In this document: piece after piece, positions 12,431 to 25,100 of the stretch
Layout: the number at the start of each line of letters is the position of its first letter
How positions within the stretch are numbered: position 1 is the stretch's first letter
Assembly (NCBI GenBank): GCA_002269645.1
Contig: NIVC01001340.1
Span: 1 to 64,000 of the forward strand
Direction of reading: 5' to 3'
DNA: 64,000 nucleotides
Origin: Macrostomum lignano
Lineage: Eukaryota
Made by a program: the position numbers and the translations under genes
Notes under the pieces: model-generated
Told to the model about the DNA's origin: nothing
What the model saw: only the letters and a program-made list of their open reading frames with translations
Database searches by the model: none

Positions 12431-14799
12431 ATCAATAATAGGGCCTAACAATAACTAGGGCCTAATCATCACAAGTTTTAAAGAATTAAATTAGGCCTCC
12501 GCCTAGGTATTAGGTAATTTAACAAGCTCTAAACTTAATAAGTCACAGTGCTTTAAGCATATCCAAGACAAATAGAGAAGCAACAACAAGTGGGAATTAG
12601 ATGAACTGTCCCACTTTTTGAGGGAAGTGTCTTGCCTTTTGAACACAAACACAATAATGGGTAAAAATTAGACTAATTAACTTGGAAAAAAGGCTTAGGA
12701 ATTTTTTTGTAATCCCTAGCCTGTCACAGATTCATTATATACAAAATATTTAAAATTGAAAGTTAGTCTTTAGGCTAAAGATTAGAAAAGCCAGGCCTAG
12801 CCTAGCTTTTCTTATCTTGGATAGACTAGGCTTATAGTACTTTAAGCTATAGAAACAACTATGCCTTAGCTTTAGGCTTTTAGGTTTAGGTCTAACCTTA
12901 CCCCAATAAACCTTGTATTTATAGCTAAGCTTTTGAATTTCAAAATAAGTCTTAGGCCTACTGCTTACCTAAGCATAGGTTAGGCCTACATAAAATAAAT
13001 CCTAGATTTTTTAATAAAGGCCTTCAAAATATAAAATTCCCAGAGCCTAGGCATAGGTAAGGGCAAGGGCTAAAGCCTACTATAATAATCAGTAAAATCA
13101 AATTTCTTTTATTGATAACTATATTGGCTATGCCTACAAGTATAATTGCAAATCTTGTAGGTATAGAGTCAATGTCTAGGACCTAATTATACTTATAGGC
13201 CTATTTAGCCTTGATTAAGCCTATATATATAAAATAGGGCCTATGATAAAAATGGCTATATGGCCTATATATTTATTACTTAAAAAATAGGCATAGGGCC
13301 TACAATGTAGCCAGTAACATTGGAAACATTTTTTATAGAATTTAGTTCTTATATAAAACAATAGAAAGAGCTCCTATTACCTAAGTTGCAAAATGTCCAT
13401 GACTAAGTCTAATGAGTATAAAAACCTTTTGTATAGCATAATACACTAATAGGGGGCCTACAATATTGTCATTTGTCTATTTAGTGCATTGAACAATTAA
13501 TGATTCAGCTCTTTGCTAGTTGATTAAAGTATAGAGATTGGCAATAAATAATGTTATCTCTACATTCCACTAGTTACTAGGCCTATTTATCACCCATTGA
13601 TACAAACTTTCTAGTCACTTAATGTACTAATTAAGTCAATGCTCATATTGAGCTTTGTATTGCATAATATCTACTATTGCCTATAGCTATAGCTATATCA
13701 ATCCCTATTGGAATAAGTATAGAAAACCTGCAGATATGCAACATAGGTCTAGAATTGTAGCTAAAAAATGTGACGCAACATAGAACATGTTAACTTTCTT
13801 ATATGCCTCTTTGATACAAAAAGTAAGACTTCTTGATATATATAAAAAATGTACACCATTGCCTTAGATTAGTACATAATAGCTGAGATCATGCCTTTTG
13901 ATACTTGATCTTTACCATTGTACCTAGTCCACAATTGTCAATATAGGATTTGCACCATTTTAGCCTTGTGCAGTTGCTTCTAAAAGTTTTTCATAATGGA
14001 CTTTGATACAATCTTTCTAATAGTCTCCATTATCCATTAAATAACTCTTCACCTTAGTAACATTTAGTTCCAACATCTAGCATTTACTTGGTACATTTGC
14101 AAGCATCCTTAGAAAGCTAGCACTGCTTCTTGATATGGCAAAATGCCTACTAGTACAATTGTGTGGTTATGTTTAGGGATCAACCAACTGATTTTTTGTA
14201 TGTGTTTGGAACTAGACTAGGCATAAAACTGTGTTTATTGTTTGACCATTTTTTATGTGGATTTGTTACATCTGTGCTGATTTGTTGCAATTTTGATTTG
14301 ATTTGGTTGTGCTAACTTGAAAAAGTAAAGTTTAATTCACAAATCATAATTAGCAAAAGACCATGCATGATTTTTTCCTTGTGATTGTTACTATGACCAT
14401 GGTCAATCCTTAGTTATGTTTAGCTAACATGGACAGTAATATAGTATAACATATTTATTACCTGTGTCATTTGCAATTTTTTATTTGGAATGATTCTTTC
14501 AATTATATTTTTATCATCTAATCCATCTAATGAATCAATATTATATAAAAATACTACTTTTGGTTTTGATAACTTTCTATGCCTATATGCACTGAACAAC
14601 TTGCAACTTGCAATTGTATCATTTAAATAGTATTAATAATGGACAAGATCAGATGTAGGCCTAAAGGCAAGGTTGGAAAAGCCAAAAAGCCTTTAATTCT
14701 ATTGTTTTTGGATTTTCATAGAGCTTTGTAATATTTCATATACTGTTAGTACTGTGTAGGCTATGTTTATGAAAAATATTTAAAAATCAATTAGATAGT

Positions 14800-15099
14800 C
14801 ATACATGCGCAACCTCGAAAATTCGGTCGGCCGTGCGACTTAGTTTTAACAAAAATGCGACGTAGTTTTTGGCCAAAAATGCGACTTACATGCAAAAAAA
14901 ACCCTAGAGCAAAATTAACGCAACTTTGGGTAAACGGCAGGAGTAACTATAACTGTCTTAGTAAGCTAAAAATGCCTCGTCAGCTACTTAGTACTACTAC
15001 TTTGGTATTTTTTTGAGTGGGCATTTTTGCAACTTCCTTGGTTTGCCGCCAAATCGGTCGGCCACATAGGCCGACTCGGCCGACTGTTGCACATGTATG
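14800..15099. mobile_element. hAT-type MITE, family 1 (300 bp)
   Basis: TIRs CATACATGCGCAAC / GTTGCACATGTATG; 8-bp TSD TAGATAGT at 14792-14799 and 15100-15107. Confidence 0.92.
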
Positions 15100-15319
15100 T
15101 AGATAGTGGGGCCTGGGTTTAGGTGTAATGAGTTATATATAGTCATGAATTGGAATCAACTTATGACTACATAAGATTTACTAATTATCAAATTAAAAAA
15201 AACTCCAGTCCGAACTCCAATCCACACAATTTACAAATCACAACAATTTCAGCTCTAGCCAGGAAGCATCCTTTACTGCATCATAGTTATCACTCTGATT
15301 AATAATCGATATAAAAACC

Positions 15320-18300
15320 ATGGACGATGAAGAGTTCGATCGTCTGCTCGAGGATGAGCTCGAACTTTTGCGCGAGATGGAGGAAGCTGATGTCGCTATT
15401 GCTGCCAGCTCTTCTGCTTCTGCTAAAGAAACAACAGCGGAAGCAGGAGGGCAGCGCAAACGGCCAATTGAATCTGTGGATCCCAGCAGCAGCAGCAGCA
15501 CTTGCTTATCCAACTCTATTGAGCAGCAGCAAACCGTAAAGCGACCGCGTATTGATCCCATATCAGAAGCCTTGCCCCAGCAACAGAACTCCAATTCTCT
15601 TTTGCCTGAACAATCGCCGCCAAAGTCAATTCAGAAGCCAGCGGAGCCGGCTTGGCGCTACCACCGCACCGTGCCAACAGTTGGCAAAGAGTTTTGCTCA
15701 GTGACCGGATCGCAGGGTCAGCGTATTTACCTGTCAATACGCGATGCTGCCGCATTTGACAATTTTCTTGATGATAGTGCTGACCAATCCATTGGCGCTG
15801 CAAAGAGAACCCTGGAGGGTTATTCCTTGCTTGGTAAAAAAGGTTGGTAGCATACATGTGCAGCCCCCCTGATTTACACTGGCCATGCGGCTTACTTTTT
15901 GACCAAAAATGCGACTTACCTGTGAAGGAAATTAACGCAGTTTTGGGTAAACGGCAGGAGTAACTATGACTGTCTTATCAAGCCTAAATGCCTCGGCATC
16001 TAATTAGTACTACGCCCGTATTCTATGGGGTGGCATTTTTGCGACTTACCCCTGGTCCACCACAATTTACGGTGGCCAGCAGTTGCGCATGTATGGTTGG
16101 TAGTGCAGAAATTTATATGAGTTCTATATCAGATCTCAGCCTCAAAAGTGACGCTTAACTATGGACGATGCAATTTGCGTCTTAATCGGCTCTATAGCTT
16201 CGGCTGGTGAGCAGAGAGAGTAGAAAGTTGCGGCTAAAGTTTACATGATGCACGCATAGATGTACGCACGAGTGCAGGGTGCACGCTTGGCGCGGCTAGC
16301 AGTAGTACAAAGTGAATTTTAAAATCTTGGGGGGGGGGTTGGCCCTCATGGCTGTGAATTCTTCCCAACTTTCGACTTCCCAATATTCCTGATGTCCAGG
16401 CGGCGAGCTTCGGGATCAGGCTGTCGCTGAGAATCGACGCCGTCAGCAGCGTCTGAACGCTTGGCGCGCCGCCGCCACAGCCACTGCCGCCGCCGACAGA
16501 TCTACAAAATCATCGGCGACTCCCACGGAGCTGTGGGTGAGCAAGTACTCGCCAAAGAGCTACATGGATTTGCTATCCGATGAAGCCACTAACAGAGCTC
16601 TGCTGCACTGGCTCAAATCCTGGGATCACTCCGTGTTCGGACGGCCGCGTCGACAATCGGTCATCCCGGCGGCGGCCGCTGTTGCCGTCGGCGAGGACGA
16701 CGACAATGGCGACGGCCGGCAGCAGAGACGGCAGCAGTTCAAGCAGCAGGAGGCCGAGGCAAGGGAGAACCAGCCGCCTGAGTATGACGAGTCTGGTAGG
16801 CCGTACTTTAAGGTGCGCATACAGTGTGGAGTAATTTTACTATGGGAGTTTAATCCTTAATCCTATTGTGTGATCGTTTTATGACCTTCAAATCAAGATT
16901 CTCCGTTCTGGTCACATTAGTAACTGACGGTCATATCATCTTCAGGCATGTACACTGAATCACCTACACTGACTATACATAAAGGCCAGTTAAACAATCA
17001 ATCTGCACGATCTCTGTCTCCGCCCTCATCAGGTGGCGCTGCTGTGGGGCCCGCCAGGCCGCGGCAAGACCACCCTGGCGCACACGGCGGCCCGGCAGTG
17101 CGGCTACAATGTTGTCGAGATGAACGCTAGCGACGATCGCAGTGTTGATCAGTTTCGAGTTCGATTGGACGCTGTCGCTCGCAGTCGCGGCTCCGTGCGT
17201 CTTGGCGGAGTTGGCGGCGACGGCGACGGCTCGCCCTCGCTGGTGCCCGGCTGTCTGGTGCTGGACGAGATCGACGGGGCTCCGGCGCCCGCCGTGGACG
17301 CCCTGGTCGCCTGTTTGAAGGTGTATTTGAGGAGGATGTCTAAGAATGAGAAATTAAGAAATCCAATTAAACCCGCGTCATGCTACTTCAAGTAGAAAAT
17401 AGTAGAATAAAAACGATAGCTACTGTTGATTAAGACTTACTAAGCATTGGGGAGGCAATGCAGGCAAAATCTGCCGCGTGGCTAAATGCGCGCTGCAGGA
17501 AAAAAAGCATTGCGGGCAAAATTTAAGCTACTGAAAGCTCTGTTAAAAATATTTTGACAGATTTAGGCTACTTTAAGTAGCAATTATTAAATAAAATTCT
17601 TCTCGGCAGATTTAAGCTACTTTAAGTAGCAATTGAAAATGTGATCGGGCTAATTTAGCTTTTTTAAATTTCAATTAAAATAAAAATAATTTGGGAAGAT
17701 TTATGCTACTGTAAGTAGAAATGTTAGCAAATTAACCACTGTTTTTCTTCGATTTTTTGGCCAGGCGGCGCCAAAGAAACGCGGCAATCAGCGGCCTCTC
17801 ATGCGGCCAGTCATCTGCGTCTGCAACGATCCGTTCGTGCCGGCCTTGCGTCACCTGCGGCCGTTGGCGTTGCAGCTTCGCCTGCCGGATCCGCCGCAGG
17901 CCGGCCTGGTCAACCGGCTGCTGGAGGTCTGCCGTGCCGAGGGCCTGCCGGGCGATCGGCTGGCTGTGGCCGGCCTGGCCACCCGACACGGCGGCGACCT
18001 GCGGTCCTGCCTGCAGGCTCTGCAGTTCATGGGCGAGGCCGGGCCTGGTGAGGGAGGAAAGCTAGTCGGGTGATTCCATGGAAACTAGCGGCCCGTCTGA
18101 GAACCATTAGGGCAGCAGCGGCCCATCTGAGGACCATTAGGGAACTAGCGGCCCGTCTGAGGACCATTAGGGCAGCAGCGGCCCATCTGAGGACCATTAG
18201 GGAACTAGAGGCCCGTCTGAGAACCATTAGGGCAGCAGCGGCCCATCTGAGGACCATTAGGGAAGTAGAGGCCCATCTGAGGACCATTAGGGAAGTAGAG

Positions 18301-21300
18301 GCCCATCTGAGGACCATTAGGGAAGTAGAGGCCCATCTGAGGACCATTAGGGAAGTAGAGGCCCATCTGAGGACAATTAGGGAAGTAGAGGCCCATCTGA
18401 GGACAATTAGGGAAGTAGAGGCCCATCTGAGGACCATTAGGGCCGCAGCGGCCCATCTGAGGACCATTAGGGTCTAGGGAAGCAGCGGCCTATCTGAGGA
18501 CCAGCTCACTGAATCCCGTACAACCCCCGCCAGACGCGAGCCACTCGGTGGTCGGCCTTCGTGACACGGGCGAGTCGCTGATGTCCATCCTGGGCCGCCT
18601 ATTCAGCCGCCAGCCGCTGGACTCGTCCGTCCTGGCCGCCTGCTCCGAGTCGGACGAGCGCTTGGCCGAATGCCTGCACCACAATTACCCGCTGGCTGCC
18701 AGGGACACCAAGCGGGCCGCGGCGGTGGCGGACTGGCTGCGCTTTCACGACATCCTGGGCGCCGTCTGCTTCTCTGGCAGGCAGAATGACGCGTTTGCGC
18801 TGGCCAAATACGCTCCGTGAGCTGATGACTTCTCTGATAGTGCCTCCCCTGAATCATCACCCGACACTGAATCATCTCCACTGAATCATCCCCACTGAAT
18901 CATCCCCACTGAATCATCATCTCCACTGAATCATCTCCACTGAATCATCATCCCCACTGAATCATCTCCACTGAATCATCACCTCCACTGAATCATCTCC
19001 ACTGAATCATCATCTCCACTGAATCATCTCCACTGAATCATCTCCACTGAATCATCATCTCCACTGAATCATCTCCACTGAATCATCATCTCCACTGAAT
19101 CATCTCCACTGAATCATCTCCACTGAATCATCCCCATCATCATCTCCACTGAATCATCATCTCCACTGAATCATCATCTCCACTGAATCATCATCTCCAC
19201 TGAATCATCTCCACTAAATCATCTCCACTGAATCATCCCCATCATCATCTCCACTGAATCATCACCTCCACTGAATCATCATCTCCACTGAATCATCTCC
19301 ACTGAATCATCTCCACTGAATCATCATCTCCACTGAATCATCATCTCCACTGAATCATCTCCACTGAATCATCATCTCCACTGAATCACCTCCACTGAAT
19401 CACCTCCACTGAATCATCATCTCCACTAAATCATCTCCACTGAATCATCTCCACTGAATCATCCCCATCATCATCTCCACTGAATCATCTCCACTGAATC
19501 ATCACCTCCACTGAATCATCATCTCCACTGAATCATCTCCACTGAATCATCATCTCCACTGAATCATCATCTCCACTGAATCATCATCGCCACTGAATCA
19601 TCTCCACTGAATCATCACCTCCACTGAATCATCACCTCCACTGAATCATCTCTACTGAATCATCACCTCCACTGAATCACCTCCACTGAATCATCTCCAC
19701 TGAATCATCACCTCCACTGAATCACCTCCACTGAATCATCATCTCCACTGAATCATCTCCACTGAATCATCATCTCCACTGAATCACCTCCACTGAATCA
19801 CCTCCACTGAATCATCTCCACTGAATCATCATCTCCACTGAATCATCTCCACTGAATCATCATCTCCACTGAACCATCTCCACTGAATCATCTCCACTGA
19901 ATCATCATCTCCACTGAATCATCTCCACTGAATCATCTCCACTGAATCATCTCCACTGAATCATCTCCACTGAATCATCATCTCCACTGAATCACCTCCA
20001 CTGAATCACCTCCACTGAATCATCTCCACTGAATCATCATCTCCACTGAATCATCTCCACTGAATCATCATCTCCACTGAATCATCTCCACTGAATCATC
20101 TCCACTGAATCATCTCCACTGAATCATCTCCACTGAATCCCACCTATTTATCCCGCGCTCCCACACCGTCCAACCCTCGCAGCTTCGCCCTGCTGGCCTG
20201 TCGGCACCAGCTGGCCGGCCGTCGCGCTCCTCGCCTGTCGCTGCCGCCGCCGGAGCTGCGCGGCCTGGCCCTGCAGCAGCTGCAGTCGCAGCGCGCAGGC
20301 ATCGCCAAAGGCGTCCAGACCGACCTGCCGCCCGCCTGCCGGATCGGCCGCGACTGTCTGGTGCTGGACCTGGCGCCCTGCCTGCTGGACATCCTGCAGC
20401 CCAGTCTGCGGCCTGTCAGCACCCACCTGTACACCGCTAAGGAGCGCAGGGATCTGGCAACTCTTGTCGACTGTATGATCTGCTATGGGTGAGGCGTTTG
20501 ATTCTTTTAGTTGGGATGTTTACGATTTATTTATAGCAGGGACTTTTCAGTTTTGGGGAAGTTTTCAGTTTTGAAGCATTTTTCAGTCTTGGAAGATTTT
20601 TCAGTTTTGCAGGGATTTTTCAGTTTTTTGATTTTTTCAGTTTTGCGGGGATTTTTTAGTTTTAGGAGATTTTTCAGTTCTGCGGGGATTTTTTAGTTTT
20701 GGGAGATTTTTCAGTTTTTCGGGGATTTTTCAGTTTTGGGAGATTTTTCAGTTTTGCGGGGATTTTTTAGTTTTGGGAGATTTTTCAGTTTTAGGGTATT
20801 TTCGGTTTTTGTTTCATGACAGTAAACACTTTTACGACCGTAATTCATAGATTATTGTTAAGCATCTTCAGATTCAAAAGTACCCTGCAGCAACTATTCG
20901 CTACAATACTCGTAGCACCGCCGCTCCGCCCCCAGGCTACACTACACGCAGCAGCGCTTACCAGACGGGCAGATGCAGTTCGCCCTGGAGCCGCCTTTGG
21001 ACCAGCTGGTGCGCTTCTCCGAGCCGCCCGCTGCCGCACCTCCAGCGGCGACGACGACGACATCGACGACATCAACATCGGCTGGCCGACGGCCTCCCCT
21101 CAGCGGCGCAGTCAAGCAGCTGGTGGCCCGCGAGCTGCAGGCTGAGCGACTTCGTCGTGCCGACGCCGCCGCCGCCGCTCGTCTGGGCCCGTCGGCGCCG
21201 ACGTCGGCGTCGACGACCGGTGCTAGTGCGCCGGCCAAGTCGACTTCAACGCCGGAGCGTCGCCGACTGGCCGACACGGTGCGCGGCTTGGCGCCAAGCG

Positions 21301-21581
21301 CGGCGGCGACCGCCTCGGCGGCGGCTTCGGCATCGGCGCCGGCGCCGGTGGTGCGCGACTTTTTTGGCCGACCGATTTCTACGCCCGCTGCTGCCGCCGC
21401 CGCCGCTCCGGCTGCCGCGGAGAAACTGTCGACCTCCGCCGCTTCTGCCGGCCCCAAAAGCCTGCTGAACGATCGCATCTGGTTCCGCTTCAACGAAGGC
21501 TTCAGCAACGCCGTTCGTCGGCCAGTTCGAGTGCGAACGTTTCACAATCTGCTCGACGCCTACCAGAAGTCAGGGTCGTAG
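15320..21581 (+). CDS. CHTF18: Chromosome transmission fidelity protein 18 (RFC-like clamp loader); exons 15320-15842, 16400-16812, 17033-17320, 17765-18047, 18534-18816, 20183-20488, 20936-21581
   Basis: LWVSKYSPKSYMDLLSDEATNRALLHWLKSWD; Walker A GPPGRGKTT; EMNASDDRS; Walker B LVLDEIDG; RPVICVCND; GGDLRSCLQALQF; C-terminal IWFRFNEGFSNAVRRPV. All junctions are GT-AG and in phase. Confidence 0.96.
15851..16095. mobile_element. hAT-type MITE, family 1 (245 bp), inserted at the 5' end of CHTF18 intron 1
   Basis: TIRs CATACATGTGCA / TGCGCATGTATG; TSD GTTGGTAG at 15843-15850 and 16096-16103; internal homology to 14800-15099. Confidence 0.9.
16240..16360 (-). mobile_element. Degenerate SINE fragment in CHTF18 intron 1
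   Basis: CTTGGGGG..GTTGGCCCTCATGGCTGTGAATT matches the family motif. Confidence 0.45.
18085..18500. repeat. 30 bp minisatellite filling CHTF18 intron 4
   Basis: GGCCCATCTGAGGACCATTAGGGAAGTAGA, ~13 copies. Confidence 0.95.
18850..20138. repeat. 14/17 bp minisatellite filling CHTF18 intron 5
   Basis: CTCCACTGAATCAT(CAT) tandem. Confidence 0.95.
20540..20810. repeat. ~19-20 bp TTTTCAG-containing repeat in CHTF18 intron 6
   Basis: TTTTCAGTTTTG(C/G)GG(G/A)GAT tandem. Confidence 0.9.
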
Positions 21582-22190
21582 ATTAATTTGCCAATAATTT
21601 CTGTGCTAGTTACACAACTCACTTTTTGGCTAATTAAGTAGTGTTGGTCGTTTATTATTGATTTCTCAAAAAAATGTAAACATATTTCTGGCAGTTTCTT
21701 TTTTATGCACTATTTACACTACTCAATCTAGGCAAAAAGTAGCGTTGTAAGTTTATATTCATATTTTTCACTAAGCTGGTGCAAAATAAATTTTTTTAAC
21801 CGTTTCTGCGTCTAAAAATAGAAACTCTGGTCGCTTGCATTTGAATTTTATTCGGCTAATTTTTTGCCTCTTTATAAAGGCAATGCAAATACACGGCAAT
21901 TAACGCACACCCGCGTACCGCTCTGTACTTTCAAGTTTTCAAATCTAACAACATTCAAGATAACACTGGCTTTCTTTGATTTGATCTAATATGGAAATTG
22001 CTAGGAATTTCAAGGTTCAAAGGTGCAAGGCGGTTATCTTTCAAAGCCAATATTTCCACTGCGTTCGGCTGATAACAGACTTTAGCCAATTTAATACACT
22101 ATTCCGGTCTTACACTGCTCACAGCTGCAGAGTTGGCACTTTCGATTTCGATCGGGTCGCATTGAGAACTGAGAGGCAACTGTGTTCCCA

Positions 22191-25100
22191 ATGGGAGGCT
22201 TCGGAGAGAAGCAGGGAGACGAACTGTCTGATGAAGATTGGCGACAGGTGAGCGCTGACTTAACTTGCTGGTCTCTTGAGTAATTTCCTGCAGTGTAAGG
22301 TGCTGCTTCGGCGACCCCCAGCAACAAACAAGACGCCACAAGTTGGATTCCACCCGTGGCAATATTTTAATTGGGGCTATGCCTCAATTTTCGTGTGCAC
22401 AAGCGTCAAATTAATATTGGCCGCGCACGGAATCGAACCACGAACCACAGAGGTCACTCGCCTTTACCGCTAAGCTACTCAGTTGCTTACTAACCACGGC
22501 CAACTCTGCTTAAATTATTGTGGCACAGTAGTCACGTGACTGTCTTAAAAAATAAAAGTACATTAACGCAGCTGTAAAAGTACATTGATTTTCGAATCCC
22601 CATCTCAGAGCTTCTCCTCCTGGGCTGGCAGCCGCCGCAGCTCCCTGCAGGCGGCCGGGGCGGTGCGCCGCTCCGAGGTGGTCGAAGCCGCGCAGCTGAA
22701 CGACGCGCGAGTGCAGCTGGCGCGCCAGTGCGCAGAGGTCCGACTGCGCAATCGGCCTCTGGGCGAGCGGATTAGAGAGAAGTGCGCTTTTGGATTCTTA
22801 TTGCTCACCCCATGTCACTGCTCACCCCATCTCACTGCTCACCCCATCTCACTGCTCACCCCATCTCACTGCTCACCCCATCTCACTGCTCACCCCAACT
22901 CACTGCCCACCCCATCTCACTGCTCACCCCATCTCACTGCTCACCCCATCTCACTGCTCACCCCAACTCACTGCTCACCCTAATCTCACTGCTCCCCACC
23001 CGTAGATTCCGCAGCCTGCAGGACTCCGACCTTGACCAGGGTCAGCAGCGTCGCCGACACGCAGTCGAGGAGCTCCTAGCACTGCGATCGACTTCGGCTG
23101 CTGTTTCGTCCGGAGCCTCTAGCGTTGATCCTGTGGAATTTTGCAATCGCAGCTTGGGCTTCCGGCTGCACCTGGGCACCGCGGTTGGCACGGCCGCGGC
23201 CGCTGAGACGTCTTGCCCAGTTCGGGTGACCTCAGTTGACCTTGATGGCCCGGCGGATAAGTGAGTGTGTAATTGTGTACAGAGTGTACGGAGTGTAATG
23301 TTTGTTCAGCCTAAGGTGTTTGTCTCAACCTAAAATAAAAAATTTAGGTCTTGTAAAAAGCGCCAAAAAGCAATAGCAAAAATGATTTCTGTTTTTAGTT
23401 ATTAATACTTTTTGCCAACTAAATCCGCGCCTAAAATGTTTCCCTAGCCCCACCACCTCACTTCCTTACCCCGCCACCTCACTCCCTTACCCCGCCACCT
23501 CACTCCCTTACCCCGCCACCTCACTCCCTTACCCAACCACCTCACTCCCTTACCCCGCCACCTCACTCCCTTACCCCGCCACCTCACTCCCTTACCCAAC
23601 CAACTCACTCCCTTATCCCGCCACCTCACTCCCTTACCCCGCCACCCCTCTACCTTACCCAACCACCTCACTCCCTTACCCCACCACCTCAATCCCTTAC
23701 CCAGCCACCTCAATCCCCTACCCAGCCACCTCACTCCCTTACCCCACCACCTCAATCCCTTACCCAGCCACCTCACTCCCTTACCCCACCACCTCAATCC
23801 CCTACCTAGCCACCTCACTCCCTAACCCAGCCACCTCAGTACCTTACCCAGCCACCTCACTCCCTTACCTGCCACCTATCCCCATACAAATCCCCATACA
23901 AGTCAGCACGAGTGATGTTAAGCAAAACATACATACATACGAGTACATACTACTCTAAGCATATTCCAGCATTTTCCCGATTTCCCCCAACAGATGCGGA
24001 ATTCGCCCAGGCGACGAACTCTTGTCGGTGGACGGCCAGCCCGCCCTCTCCCAGTCACCCAGTTCTGCGGCATCGTCCAGCACCGAAGAGATCGCTCGTC
24101 GACTTGTCGACGCTGTGGTCACCGACGGTGTTGTCCACATTCGGGTGCGCCGACGCCTGCCGGAGCCAAAGGAGCCTTCGGCGCCGCCGCTGCCGCCGCT
24201 GGACACCCTGCCGAGTCAGCGGGACTCGGCCCCGCCTGTCGTCAGCGACGATGCCATGGAGGAGGAGTTCAAGGTTCCGACTGAGCAGCGGATGCAGGGA
24301 GACAGACGCTGGATGCAGGGATAGAGACAGTGGATGCAGGGATAGAGACAGTGGATGCAGGGAGAGAGACAGTGGATGCAGGGAGAGACAGTGGATGCAG
24401 GGTGAGAGACAGTGGATGCAGGGAGAGACAGTGGATGCAGGGAGAGAGACAGTAGATGCAGGGAGAGAGACAGTGGATGCAGGGAGAGAGACAGTGGATG
24501 CAGGGAGAGAGACAGTGGATGCAGGGAGAGACAGTGGATGCAGGGAGAGACAGTGGATGCAGGGAGAGACAGTGGATGCAGGGAGAGAGACAGTGGATGC
24601 AGGGAGAGAGACAGTGGATGCAGGGAGAGACAGTGGATGCAGGGAGAGACAGTGGATGCAGGGAGAGAGACAGTGGATGCAGGGAGAGACAGTGGATGCA
24701 GGGAGAGAGACAGTGGATGCAGGGAGAGAGACAGGTTCGCACCTGCTATGAAAGAATTCAGTTTTCAATATTCAAAACCGAATTTCAGACAATCGACGCA
24801 GCTCCCCCGGCTCCCTATCGACTCGGTCTTAGGAGACAGTCGGCACCTGCAGTCTCGGACATGGTAGGTGCATGGGACAAGTAGATCTGGTGATTGGGGT
24901 TGATTTAATTATAATAATCGATTCTTCCCACTCCGCTGACTCCTGAGCACACACAAGCGCGCCAATACTGTACGCAGGCATACAATCATACACACGCTCA
25001 CACAGGGTGTACAATCGCCCTGACTGTTTATTAATCAGGCATGTACACTCTGTGTGCCTTGGGGGCTGGCTCTCATGACTGTGGATGGCAATACAACCCT

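Noticed and set aside
22260-22340. Weak LINE-RT-like reading (SLE*FPAV*GAAS)
   Set aside because: Too short, contains stops, and has no supporting RT motifs nearby.
22400-22475. Possible tRNA gene
   Set aside because: A and B boxes are present, but the acceptor stem does not pair and the anticodon arm is truncated; treated as a SINE-like head.
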